A stretch of DNA of 63,956 bases, counting the filler, from Octopus bimaculoides (lineage: Eukaryota), in NCBI RefSeq assembly GCF_001194135.2. It is 4 parts of 4 records of this genome, joined end to end, with 100 filler letters (N's around TTAATTAATTAA, not from the genome) between each part and the next. Parts side by side here need not be neighbours in the genome. Positions count along the whole stretch, not along the records: positions 1 to 21,742 come from NC_068989.1; 3 more parts are not named here. One strand, written 5' to 3'. Below, piece by piece: positions 1 through 13,478 of this stretch. The position numbers and the translations under genes are program-made. Below the pieces are notes generated by a model. It saw only the letters and a list, made by a program, of their open reading frames with translations. It was not told where the DNA came from and did no database searches. Numbering within the stretch: position 1 is the first letter of the stretch; each line of letters opens with the position of its first letter.

Positions 1-708
1 TTTTATATATATATAAAAGGCGAGCTCGTGTTATCGTAGTGCTGTGTGGTAAAATGTATTATATAAAGTGGAGACGAAGAATTGTTGTAGCAGCTGCTAG
101 GTACGCTATGTGCATTTAGGCCTGTTACAACATTATCAATGACGTGTACTCATGACACCATCCTTAGACGGATATTTCTTCGCCCCGACATAATTAAGAC
201 TGAATGAAGCATTCTTATGCTATACGTACATACGTATTGGGTAGATTGTACCATCTACCCTGTGTGCCGAGTTTTGTGTGTACTGTGTATGCGTCTGTGT
301 GTATATGTGATTGAGTTTGTGCGTGTGTATATGTATGTATGTGTGTTTATATATATATATATATATATATNNNNNNNNNNNNNNNNNNNNNNNNNNNNNN
401 NNNNNNNNNNNNNNNNNNNNNNNNNNNNNNNNNNNNNNNNNNNNNNNNNNNNNNNNNNNNNNNNNNNNNNNNNNNNNNNNNNNNNNNNNNNNNNNNNNNN
501 NNNNNNNNNNNNNNNNNNNNNNNNNNNNNNNNNNNNNNNNNNNNNNNNNNNNNNNNNNNNNNNNNNNNNNNNNNNNNNNNNNNNNNNNNNNNNNNNNNNN
601 NNNNNNNNNNNNNNNNNNNNNNNNNNNNNNNNNNNNNNNNNNNNNNNNNNNNNNNNNNNNNNNNNNNNNNNNNNNNNNNNNNNNNNNNNNNNNNNNNNNN
701 NNNNNNNN

Positions 709-747
<39 letters not shown>

Positions 748-775
748 GTGTATATTTATGTATATATACAGAAAG

Positions 776-839
<64 letters not shown>

Positions 840-1843
840 CTATTTACATGCGTAGATACAGAGATATTTACAATTTCCTATTGTGTTTGTATACGAGTTT
901 CAGTCAATCGGTTCGTAGTTTAGGTCGGTGCATGTAAAGTCTATCGGCATATTTACTCGATCAAAGTAAACCTTATATTAAATGTGGTACTTATTGAAAC
1001 CTCAATTTTTGTAACACAACTAAGCTAGAAGGATGGAACAAAAGCAACTCCAGTTTTAAAGCGAATCGATCCCCTAAAGATACAATAGCGCAATCACACG
1101 TGCAACACAATTTAGAGATGTATTTTTCCTCAGATTTCATTTGCAGACCAAGTCATGTTGAAATATTGCGTCCTTATGTGTGTGCGAGAGTGTGTGCACG
1201 CGCGAGTGTGTGTTTATAAAATTATTCTCATAAATGTAGATTCTTCTCATAAATCGTTAGAACCTTATACGAACAATATATAAAATAAACATGGCTAACA
1301 GACTCATTTGTAGAAATTCATTTTTCTGAAGGCAAAGGAAACTTAATCCAGTGATGGCATACCTATGCCACGTATAATCGCAATAACACGCTTAGAGATT
1401 TTACTTGGAATGAGATAGACTTGGAAGTATTTCAATGCTATTTAATAATTCAGATGTATATCGAATTTATGAACGTAAAATACACATATGCAATTGTAAG
1501 AATAAAAGGCTTGCAGAAAATATTAGATTGTGACATGCTGAGCTGATAAGCTTCACCAATACAGGAAAACATTTTGTCATCTTGTTTTAGCGACCGTTAT
1601 TTAACTGCTCTGGATTAAGCATTCAAACACACACACACACACACACATATATATACACATGTACACGCACATAAACACACAGACACACACACTCATACAC
1701 ATGTAAATGTAAATATGCATACACAAGCATATAGAAGCATTTATATGTACATATATAGATATGCATTATATATATTACATATGTTACAATGGTGCACTTA
1801 TATATATACACAGTTACACATACTACATACATACGTGCACACA

Positions 1844-1891
<48 letters not shown>

Positions 1892-3469
1892 AACCTTTCT
1901 CTCTCTCTCTTTGTACTATATATCTATCTATGTATCTATACACACACCCACACACNNNNNNNNNNNNNNNNNNNNNNNNNNNNNNNNNNNNNNNNNNNNN
2001 NNNNNNNNNNNNNNNNNNNNNNNNNNNNNNNNNNNNNNNNNNNNNNNNNNNNNNNNNNNNNNNNNNNNNNNNNNNNNNNNNNNNNNNNNNNNNNNNNNNN
2101 NNNNNNNNNNNNNNNNNNNNNNNNNNNNNNNNNNNNNNNNNNNNNNNNNNNNNNNNNNNNNNNNNNNNNNNNNNNNNNNNNNNNNNNNNNNNNNNNNNNN
2201 NNNNNNNNNNNNNNNNNNNNNNNNNNNNNNNNNNNNNNNNNNNNNNNNNNNNNNNNNNNNNNNNNNNNNNNNNNNNNNNNNNNNNNNNNNNNNNNNNNNN
2301 NNNNNNNNNNNNNNNNNNNNNNNNNNNNNNNNNNNNNNNNNNNNNNNNNNNNNNNNTATATATATATGTATATATACTTGATTAACACACTCAAGAAACA
2401 TACACACACATAAACACATACACACAAACACAGGCATACACATATAGTCATGCGTACTAACACACGTATATATGCACGCAAACATCCTTGTCTACATATG
2501 TACTTATATATGCAAAGCATTTTTAAATCTCAGGAATTATCTAAACCATCGTGATATTATTAATGGCAACTGTTTCCATTTGTGTATGTATGAACACACA
2601 TCACTTGAGCAAAGAAATATCGAAACCAGATCCACATTTACATGCTATACATAATAAGATAAGTTTAATATCGTTAATACATACTCAAAGTCTAGACATT
2701 TTATGTCTGGCGGATTAACAAATGATGTATATGTTTTATAAAGAGAAGAAAATGCAAATGACGCTAGAAAAAAAAAAAAGAATACGAAGTGGGAGATACA
2801 ACCCGCCAAACAAACATTCACACACATACACAGAATTACATATATAAACACTAGAGACTTACACGACAAGACAGGTAATAATGGAAGCATACTTTCGCCA
2901 TGATGGGCAATACAGAGGAATATGCCATGCATGAAATAATCATCATTTAACACTTATCAAATTTATTGGTGCTTCAGCAGGAAAGTGAAATGAATATTAG
3001 TTTTCAAAAGAAAAACAAATATTAATTACCTCAGTGTAAAATTTAATAAAACAAATTTGTCGTTTGTATAAATTTCTATATAATAAAACAAACCTCTCGT
3101 TTATCCCTTTTCTCCTCCTGCCTCCCTCTCCTCCTCTATGTATGCTTCTCTCCAAGCGTCCTGCATTGCATATGTTAGATCCAATTGTATATCTCCTATC
3201 TCTCTGGCATTCTCTCTTTCTCTGCTACTCTCTTTCCCTCTCTCTTTGTCTCCCTCATTTTCTCTACCGATCAATAAGACGTAAAGGGTAATTGGGGAAA
3301 TGTATCAACGACCGAATATTCATATAGTCTATAATATGTTTGTGTGTGTGTTTATGTGTGTGTTTATGTGTGTGTTTATGTGTGTGCGTGCGTTTGGGAG
3401 TGTGTGTGTGTATGTGTTTGTGTTTAAAAAGGTGAAAGAAACAGATTCTTCTTTGGAGTTAATTGATCT

Positions 3470-4150
3470 ATTTGATAAAGATAAAATTTCATTTATTATT
3501 GATGACATAATCAACTCCATTTGGAAGTTTGTTGATCCCACGGGCATATAATACTTTACTTTTCGTAGCAATGAAATCTAATATCATTGAAAAAATCTAA
3601 TAATATTCTTTACGCATACAATATAAATATATTCGTTTCAACCTATAAATAATGTTGCAATGATCTCAAATAATGAGAGTCAGATGAGTACAAGGAAAGC
3701 AAGGATAATGAAGCAAGAATTAAATATTTAGTGCAGTTATCTATTTTTGTGTGAATTTGGAAATATGCAGTTCTGCAGTATCGTTTAATAGCGACACTGC
3801 TCAACGAGTGACCAACGATGGATGCTATTTCTGAAAGATTTTCTGGAATGCTTCCAATTGGTGACAATACGTCTCCGCATTAGCTGTTTTCGTTTTCGAT
3901 TAATATTTCATGATAGATGACAACTTGCACATCCCACAGAACAAAAAGCTTAACTTGTTTCGTGTGTAGTCCTTATCTTGGGATGGATTCTCATTTTTCA
4001 TTCGGTTCTAACCATTGTCGTTTTCGTTGGATGCAATTATAAAGAAACGATATTTCATCACTTGCGAGGATTCTACAAAAGGAATGTTCGGTAGAAATTC
4101 TACACTTCAACGAATAGCAGATGGCGAATCGTTGATTAAAGGAAAGAAAA
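3470..4150 (-). mobile_element. Degenerate mariner (DD34D-type) transposase remnant
   Basis: Manual minus-strand translation across frameshifts and stops gives FCRILASDEISFLYNCIQRKRQWLEPNEK, GLHTKQVKLFVLWDV, NAETYCHQLEAF, LRSLQHYL and YARGINKLP. These are collinear with the mariner motifs VTGDEKWILYDN-RKRQW, LHPKKVMLCVWWD, FRSLQHYL and FYERGIMKLP. Confidence 0.85.
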
Positions 4151-6044
4151 AGAAAACTCATTAGAATGTAAAAATTTATGCATATTTTATCATACGTAAT
4201 CACGTATATAATGTGACAAAATGTTATTCAATATATACATACATACATACATACATACAGACGGATACATACATACAGACGGATACATAGATAGATAGAC
4301 ACACATATCAACATGCATACATACATACATCGATGCATTTGTAAATACTTAAATACGTACAGACACACACACACAACACGCACACACACAACACACAAAC
4401 ACACACACATACAAATACACACACATATATACGTATATGTATCTATACACGCACACATATATATGTACATATTCATACATGCATTTACATATAAACCGAT
4501 AAATCTATATGTATATGTGTATGCAGCTGTATATGTACACACACACACTTGCATAAACAAATACACACATATTATGTATGTATGTATTATGTATGTATGT
4601 ATTATGTATGTATGTATTATGTATGTATGTATGTATGTATTATGTATGTATGTATGTATGTATGTATGTATGTGCAGCGTGTGATAGATTTCATACATGT
4701 AAGAATGTTTAACATCCTGTTGAATTGCGAGTTCCTGAAGGTATGTTCATTCATAGACATCGAAATAAAAAATCTGGCTACTGAATCAGTGGACCACACC
4801 ATTTGATAGCATTTCTGTAACATGAATCTTTTTAACTCCCTATAAGTATGTTTTCAATTCTGATTCTATATCTGAAATCGGTTTTCTTCCGAATGCTCTA
4901 GGTTTCATGTTATTCGAAATTTATGATTTTCGCAAAAAACATCACCTCTCTTGGTATTTAGATCTACCCCTAACCTTAAGCAAATTAGACTACAGTTTAA
5001 GTATTAGTATTCTTTGTCTTCATTGTTAATTTTCGATTCAAGAGATTTAACTGACACATAGTTTGGGCTTCAGATCTGATGATAGTTTTCTTCTACATAA
5101 AAAATAATGTTTAAATTACATTCATGCATTTTATTATGAATTTGGCTTTTACACACTTCTTACGCAAATACTCAATAAATATCGGCTCTAAGAGTGTGTC
5201 TATAAGGCTTATTTTCTAAGATCTGCATTGCAGTCTTATGAATTGTTCTGAAGAACCTAGTGTCTATAAGTTAAAATATGTGTTAATTTAAAATTAGAAT
5301 TTGCGTATAACAAATTAATGTTTTACATTTTACAATGATCAACATATGTTTTAATCTGCTAAAGTGATTTTGTTTTCGTTTCCTTTAAAGCGTATTAAGA
5401 TGCATTTCTGTTCGCACATTAAGAATAGTTTTGCCAAAACGTCTGCTTTGAGCCTAATTTTAAGATTGCTGGAACATATATTTCACAGAAGTTTCATTTC
5501 ATCATGAGAGAGGTGTCGGAATGGGAAAGCTGATCTACAAAATATCTAGATCATATGTAAGAAAAATGTTGATATCAACGGAACAACCTTGGTTTCCCAT
5601 TGCAGTTCATCGAATCAATCAATATGAAGCGGAGAAGTTGTATTCTCATAAAAAATGAAACAGTTAATAATAGACTTGTCGGAAACAGTTCCAAACATAT
5701 TTCTAATAAATATCATTTTGATTTACAGGTACACAAAACTGTATGAAATTGTCAACACTAAGATCGATTCAAAGATTTCCACAAGCCTGAATTATATGAA
5801 TGCGCAAACATTTAATGTTACTTATCTCAAGAATTAATTCAAATGTAGTTCAGTTAAGATAATAATATAGATGTATTGCAAAAGAACAAAACGTTCTGTC
5901 TCAAACAAAGCAGACGTACATAACAAACCGCAGAACATACAGAGATATGTTATGGCTGCTACTATACAATGCAGGGGATGTAAATGGTTCACATGCATCA
6001 CTACGCATACACTCACGAACATTCATATATCATTTAGCTATAAT

Positions 6045-6405
6045 ATTTCACTTGATTTAGTCATTAAACTGCAGCCATTCCGAATCAGGGACTTGAAGTA
6101 TTTTCACTCTAACGAATCGATCCCAGTACCTAGTTATATTTTCAAACCTAGTACTTGTGTTATCAGTTGCATTTGTGACCCCCTGAGTTACTGGAATGTA
6201 AACAAACCAATACCGGTTCTCAAGCGGTGGGGAGGAAAACACAAATCCAATCACGCACACATACACATTCATATACGCACACATTCACACATGTCCGCGG
6301 GTACTCTTACACACACACAAGGACATATGCTTATATTTTATACACGACAGGCACAAATCCACCCACAGCGCTTTGGTCGGTCCGGTGCTATAATTTAAGA
6401 CACAG
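6045..6405 (-). mobile_element. Decayed tRNA-derived SINE lacking its head (in duplication copy 1)
   Basis: The reverse complement matches the body and tail of the SINE at 36963-37340 (CCACCGCTTGAGAACCGG...AAGTACTAGG...GATCGATT...AATGACT). Confidence 0.75.
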
Positions 6406-7914
6406 GAGTAACAATAACAGTTCTACACCATGTTCCATTTTTAACGAGTGCAGAGGGTGTTCTACGAATAAGATAAGTGTCCTTCTGTTTTCAAAACTAT
6501 TTCATTTAGTTTGCTCTTTCGAACTTTTAACATATTTTAATGTGATTAGATTTCAATAATATATATTCTATTTGTATTAGTAAATCACACATGCATGCAC
6601 AAACATGCGCACAAGCATACACATACATGCGCAGATTCGAACACATTGAGCACATTCGCACAGATAGACAGACAAACAGACAGGCAGATACACACACACG
6701 CAAGCACTTGTTTTATGTCAAGTTATGATGAAACAGCATTTTTACATTACACTCAAGTATTATCAAGATTTTGTGGAGTATAAACACAGTATTTTTGAAA
6801 AAATGTAGTATTCTAAGTGAGTTCAAAGTTATGGCCAGCTTAGTCATCAGACTGTGGTACTTGACTAGATCTCGTCATTATGAATTATCTGTTAACTTGA
6901 TATGTTGTGGTGTGGCTGGAACTAGGTTGAATAATCAGGTTGTAGGTTGATTTATGATGGTGAAGTGCTATATAAAAATTATATTCATTAAATTTGGGCT
7001 TGTGTTATTGTTCAGAATTTTTTCATGCATGTTGAATTTTGTAAACAGGTGTGTCTCTGTAGGTGTTTCAGCTTCAGGTTATAATGTTGTTGGAGTTTTT
7101 TCTTAAGAGCTGAAAAGAGGACATAGGTAGCTGGAACGGGTTAGCTGGTCAGCAGATGTGTCACTATGTTTAAATATTATTTTGGATAGAAAAGTTGTTT
7201 AATCTCTTAATTTGCTAATGTGCAGGCAGTTTCCAGAGTTCAGTTTCGCATTTTACCTTTGCAGACATTTGTGGTTATAAAAATGTGATGTTTTTAAGGT
7301 TTCAAAGAAGTGTATAAGTATGTGTCAAAATTATTTGACCATCAGTTGGCATTACGTCTTACTGAACTGCAAAATGTCTAGGTAATATTGTAATTAAAAA
7401 ATGCTGGTATCAACGGAACAACGATTGTCTCCCATTGCAGTTCATCGAATCAATCAATATGAGGTCGAAAAGTTGTATTCTCATAAACCTGAATAAGTTA
7501 ATAACAGACTTGTCGGAAACAATTCGTAACATATTTTTAATAAATATCTTTTTGATTTACAAGTACAGAAAGTTGTATGAAATTATCAGCACTAACATGG
7601 ATTCACAGATTTCCACGAGGGTAAACTATATGAATGTGCAATAAAGACAAGAGAAATACAAATACAACATTTAATATTACGTAGCCCAAGAATGAATTCA
7701 AATGTAATTGAGTTGATATAGTAATGTAGATAAATTATAACAGAACACAAATGTCTGTCCCAAACGAAACAGAAGTACATAACAAACACCCCAGAACATA
7801 CGGAGATATGTCATGGCTGCTACTATTCGATACAGGGTATTGAAAATGTCTACATGTGTCACTACACATAAACGTACGAACATCCATATATCATTTAGCT
7901 ATAATATTTTAGTT

Positions 7915-8192
7915 GTATTAATCATTAGACTGCAGCGACTCTGAAGCAGGGCCATGAAGTTTTTTTCAGTCTAACGAATCAATCCCAGTGCCTAATTATT
8001 CTTTCAAACCTAGTACTTATGTTATCAGTTGCATTTGTGAACCGCTAACTTACTGGAATGTAAATAAACCAATACCGGTTCTCAAACGGTGATGAGAAAA
8101 ACACAAATCCAATCACGCATGTGTATACATACACATGCACATACATTCACACACGTCCGCGTATACTCACTCACACACACACACACACACAT

Positions 8193-8237
<45 letters not shown>

Positions 8238-8400
8238 CACAAGAGGAATGCTTATATTTTATACACGACAGGCACCAATCTACCCACAACGCTATAGTCG
8301 GACCGATGCTATAGCATAAGACACTTTTCCGTGGTGTCACGTACAAGGGCCGGACCTAGAAGCCTTGTGTTTTAGAGACAAGCCACGTGTGCGCCTTTAT
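7915..8400 (-). mobile_element. Decayed tRNA-derived SINE (in duplication copy 2)
   Basis: Paralogue of 6045-6405 that keeps a head-like segment at ~8320-8400. Confidence 0.7.
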
Positions 8401-8502
8401 ACATGTACCCATACACACATATATATACATACATACATGCATACATGCACGTATACTTAATACAGACACACACATACATACATACATACATACATACATA
8501 CA

Positions 8503-8534
<32 letters not shown>

Positions 8535-9220
8535 AATCCGAATTACAATTAGAACAAAAAGCATTATATACAGACTCATGAACCGAAAGAAGTAGGGCGG
8601 TACAGAGAATCCTTTTAAAACATTAGATATGTGCAATGAAAGACAGATGAAGAAAAATGTGTTATACAGTTATTTTCCTAAGTAACATGCAAAAACAAAC
8701 ACACACACTACACATTTTCGGTAGAAGGCACAACGTGGATCAAAGTCTACTATTTTCTCACAAGGCCATGCAGGAAACCCATACGTCATTTCGTGCCTTC
8801 TGTCGATAAAAAGTAGAATGTATATATTACACCAGTCAGACTGTTTAATATAGCAATAACCGTTTGTATGTGACATTATCCCCGCCTCCATAAAAACGCA
8901 ACGATAACTGTTCTAGACCATATTACATTTTCCATGTGTGCCGAGGATGATCTAAGTATAAGATAAATGTTCTTTTGCTTTCAAAACTATTTCATTCAGT
9001 TTGCTGTTTCGAAATTTTTACAGATTTCAATGTGATCAGATTTCAATAATATTTATTCCGTTTGTAATACCAAATCACACATGCATGCAAGCCCATATAC
9101 ACAGAAACACTCATACGCATACGCACTTTCACACAGACAGACACAGAGAGACAGACAAACATACAGACAGACACACACACAAAGACAGACAGATCCAGAC
9201 ACACAGGCACACAGATACAC

Positions 9221-9255
<35 letters not shown>

Positions 9256-11564
9256 CACACACGCACACACAAACATTTTTTTCATGTCAAGTTATGATAA
9301 AACGACATTTTTTACATTAAACTCACGTATTATCAACATTTTGAGTGGTATAAATTTATTATTTTTTAAACGTATAGCATTCTAAAAAAATTTGAAGTTC
9401 TGGCCAGCGAAGCCATTGTCAGATTGTGGAATTTGGTTACATCTCGGCATCATGAAATTTCTGTTAACTTTTTTTTTTTTTTTGGTGTAGATGAGACTAG
9501 GTTGAATAATCAGGTTGTAGGTTGGTTTCCAATGGTGATGTGCTATGCAAAATTTATATTCATTAAATTTTGGGTTGTATTATTGTTCAGAATTTTTTCA
9601 TGTATGTAGAATTTGTAAACAGGTGCGTCTCATTGAGTGCTTCAGCTTCAGGCTATACTGCTGGCTGCTTTTTTGTTTGTTAAGTGTTCAAAAGAGGATG
9701 CAGATGTGGAGCTTGTTAAGGTTTTCAAGTGTTTTAATGTTTTCAAGTGTTTTAAGGTTTTTTAAGTATGTATATGTTAAATTTATTTACGCATCAGTTG
9801 GCATTACCTGTTACTAGTATTTAGATTTTGCTTTTTTGTTATTGCAAAGGTGATGTTCAAAACAGGACGTACTAAACAGTGGAGGTTCGTTGACCATCAG
9901 ATTTCATTCCACTGAGATTGTATTTGATTGTTATTTAGAAATGTTAACCATTGTGTCTTAGGCAAGCATAGATATTGCGTGACGTTTTGATAAATATTCT
10001 TTCTTTTCGGTTACAGACATAGCCGTTTCGCAATACGTTGTTTATCACATGTGAATTTATGCAAAAGTGGCGCAGTATAAGAATATTCACACATATTTGT
10101 GTAAGAAAATAGAAATAAAAAAAATCTGAGACAAGTTGGTCTTTTATCAGCTTAGCGTATGTATGTGTGTGTGAATTTGGATTGAAATATACGGAAATTT
10201 TACATAAATTTCTATAGCATATGTTTAGTGCAATGCTATAATGCCTGTATCTATTTTAATCTGGTGAAACTTCGGTTTGAGGGGAGAAAATGTGGCGAGA
10301 TAATTTAATTCTTAGCCGTCACACAAAAAGAAATATTGGTTTTAAATGTTTCCTAATTATGAACTGATTTCTATAACCAAATAAATAAGTAATAGCATTT
10401 TATTCGCTTAGCTCTATGGTTTTATTTTTAGATCACTGGTGTACATTTTTAATTATAGATATATAAAATGAGTTCATGTTTGGCGAATTAATAAAACACG
10501 AATGTAAGGCTGTTATGTTTAACATTTATGTGTTTTCTAATTTTCTAATTCAGTGAGTTTCTTATATCTTTCCCATGCCCCTTTGTGCATAGATAAATAC
10601 ACAATGCATACCTCGAAGCTAATGTTTTTAAAGAAGAAATTCAGATATTTTCGTAAGTACTAAATGCAAATGTTTCCCTGTTTGATTATTACCCGGGTAA
10701 AATTATGTAATACAAAAAGAAATACTATTTTATGTTGAGGTTTATAACAATAAGGGAATAGACATCCTCGACGGAAACTGGGGTAGTACATCAGAATATA
10801 TAACAAGCACGAAAATAACCCCACCAACCATATGTTATTTCATTATGCATCGGCTCTCTCCCGGACAAATTTTAATCTTTAACCTACAGAATGATTTTCA
10901 TCTCACATTACGCTGCCTTTTTAAACTTTACAACATTGACCATTTGTTCACTAAAATAGCAGGTCTTGTGCATAGTCTATGAATATAACATTGCCACAGT
11001 ATACTCTTGGACTGCTCTCTTTCAATTTATGTACACACAAGCATGTATATGTATACGTAATTACATATTCTCATACATAAACGTAGTCATACATACATGC
11101 ATGCATATATATACAGACACACGCACACACATATATATATATGTACATATATATAAATACATATCATGTACACACACTCACAAATATATATATACACAGA
11201 CATAAATATATATATCCATCACGACTTCAGATTTTCTCCAATATTTTTACCTATATACGCATGCTTTAACGTTTTTATGCGTCCATCCGGAGATTTTTTA
11301 AATAAATCAATTTTCACATATATATTTTAAAAATATTTATTTATTCATAGAGATTTTAAAATTGTCTGTGTATTTATATATTTCTATTCTATCATGTAAA
11401 TTTCTCATTTAAATCCATCTCTAATCGGAGCCATGTTTGCGGATTGAATTTCCAGGTCTTTTGTCCCTTTACATTACGTATTTATATGTGTATATGCATA
11501 GACACACATATATCTACAGCCATATAATATACATACATTACATATGAACTTATATACATATCTA

Positions 11565-11624
<60 letters not shown>

Positions 11625-11640
11625 CATACATACATAAACA

Positions 11641-11874
11641 CAGATGTGGCCGAAAGTCACCTGACAGTAAATCAAAAACCATTTAATTCCAAGATTAAGA
11701 CAAAAAATAATGTATATGTGTCTTCGCTAATAAATAAACAAATGTTTAAAATAAGCGGTGATTTTAACGCACAGCCTTCAATTATTAAGCATTCATAATT
11801 GGAATGAATAAATAAAATTGAATACTATTTATGGAATTTTGATTTACTGTCGCCTGTCTTTTGGACAACCCTGT
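11641..11874. mobile_element. Tc1/mariner-type MITE (~235 bp)
   Basis: Imperfect terminal inverted repeats: left CAGATGTGGCCGAAAGTCACCTGACAGTAAATCAAAA; right TTTTGATTTACTGTCGCCTGTCTTTTGGACAACCCTG followed by TA. No coding capacity. Confidence 0.75.
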
Positions 11875-13252
11875 ATAAAGGTATAGTATATGATAGCTGT
11901 GTGTGCGTGTGTGTGCGTGTGTGTGTGTCTGTGTCTTTTTGTGTCTGCGTGTGTGTGTGTACCCTGAATGCACTTCGTTCAGTAATTCAGTTGCTAGACT
12001 CATTATAACATGCCTGTTTGCTTTAGTCAGTATGCAATGCCCTTGAGCAAGACGCTTTATATCAAGTGCGCCATTTCTACTGAACTAAAAACGTGTACCA
12101 GGATAGAACTGTTTTGTCTAACCAGGTGTCTCATCTTCCATAACTTGCGATTACCTAGAACCTATTTTTTTCCCTACTTTCGATTCATTGCATGCGTTTA
12201 CGTATTTATTTTTTAAACGTTAAAACTTTCAGTGAATTCTATACAAATAAACGTCCCACTACTAAGAGACCGTATTGACACGTAAACCTGTAATAAAAAA
12301 TGGAAGAATTCGATGACTATAAAACATACTACGGTGGCCTTGCCAGCACTTAATGTAAGCGTACCAGCGGCCAGAAATAAGTTTAGTATGCAAATTGGCT
12401 TATCGAATTAGTGTTAAACTGCTAAATTTAGTGAATATTTATCGAATGTGTTCATTAATAATTCATGGTTTAGATATGATGTAAGGGCAATAACCCTTGA
12501 AATATGCATACACATGCTCTTCCTATTTTCTCTATTTTCGAGTGCGTTGTTTACATAAACGTATTTATTTACGGAACATCGTAATTTGCAGCGCTTGATC
12601 TGAATTGTAGAAATCATTTATTCAGATAAACTGTAAAACAATAATGCCTCCGAGCCGTTTTCTCAGTAGCCTGCCCATTGATTTCCCACATACTGCACCG
12701 TTATTGGAATATTGTTAAACATATTTTGTGTTATGTATGCACTATGTTAATTAGAAGTTTTCGAGATTTTTTCCAATCACGGACTGCAATACATGTATTG
12801 ACAATTTAAACATTTGTAACAGAAAAATAGGGTTGTATTTATCTGCGCGAATTCTCTGGGTTCATGCTCACTGGAGATAACTGCAAGAAATGTAACTATT
12901 GCACTTTTAAAATTACATTCCAATAACAGGGATGATGATGCATTCCATAATCATCAATATTATAGCAACATTTTCACTAAAATATTAGACAATATTAGAA
13001 GTATGTAGAAATGGGTAGCCCATTTCAGTAGCTGATTTATGTTGCTATACAACGACGAAACATTTTAGTGGACTTTCACTGCTTTGGTGTACGTTTAAAT
13101 AACTGCAGGTAATTAGTCATGAGTATGTTCGTCTCTTGTTTTCTTATTGGATTTTCTGATATACTAAAGTAACTATCGATATCATTGTGGTCATTATTTA
13201 CGTTATGTTATTTACATTTGACGGATATTTGTCCTCATCTTGTTTGTTGTTA

Positions 13253-13297
13253 ACACAACAGTTCGGCTGATATACCCTCCAGCCTTCATCAGCTGTC
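13253..13297 (-). ncRNA. Degenerate minimal type I hammerhead ribozyme motif (inverted partner)
   Basis: Minus strand GACAG CUGAUGA A GGCUG GAGGGUAUAU CAGCC GAAC UGUU GUGUU: perfect 5-bp stem II; GAAA changed to GAAC. Confidence 0.55.
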
Positions 13298-13342
13298 TTG
13301 GGGAAATTTCAAACCTGGGTTCTGATTCNNNNNNNNNNTAAT

Positions 13343-13385
<43 letters not shown>

Positions 13386-13432
13386 TCCAAAAATACCTTC
13401 GGAATGAGAACCCAGGTTCGAAAATTCCCCAA

Positions 13433-13478
13433 GACACCTGATGAAGGCTGGAGGATATATCAGCAGAAACTTTGTGTT
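13433..13478 (+). ncRNA. Degenerate minimal type I hammerhead ribozyme motif
   Basis: (G)ACAC CUGAUGA A GGCUG GAGGAUAUAU CAGCA GAAA CUU UGUGUU: CUGANGA core, stem II and GAAA are present and stem I is ACAC/GUGU. The stem II closing pair and stem III/cleavage site are mutated. Confidence 0.6.

Larger units (their letters stand above)
5530..9790. repeat. Old tandem segmental duplication (copy 1 ~5530-7360, copy 2 ~7365-9790)
   Basis: Collinear shared blocks: TCAACGGAACAA...CCCATTGCAGTTCATCGAATCAATCAATATGA at ~5576 and ~7410; TTTCAAAACTATTTCATT at ~6489 and ~8979; GTTGAATAATCAGGTTGTAGGTTG at ~6926 and ~9501; CATCAGTTGGCATTAC at ~7340 and ~9793. Copy 2 carries ~0.6 kb extra. Confidence 0.9.

Noticed and set aside
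3643-3867. ORF resembling GPCR TM3 (ASIVGHSLSSVAIKRY)
   Set aside because: It is an alternative frame of the mariner transposase remnant at 3470-4150.
5489-5657. Possible terminal exon (VSFHHE...IAVHRINQYEAEKLY) reminiscent of a GT31 glycosyltransferase C-terminus
   Set aside because: The paralogous copy is truncated and frameshifted, adjacent substitutions look neutral, and no other exons were found.
6100-6228. Exon-like frame SNESIPVPSYIFKPSTCVISCICDPLSYWNVNKPIPVLKR, with apparently synonymous-biased differences from its paralogue at ~7970-8090
   Set aside because: The reverse complement is the 3' body of the SINE seen at 36963-37340, so the apparent codon bias is chance.
12215-12617. Minus-strand frame with only two stops and vague GPCR TM2/TM3-like words (YSLNLAV, VYVSIRSLS)
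   Set aside because: No conserved D/ERY, LAxxD or NPxxY motifs. Hydrophobic translations are common in AT-rich DNA, and a similar impression at 3.6 kb proved false. An HMM search would settle it.
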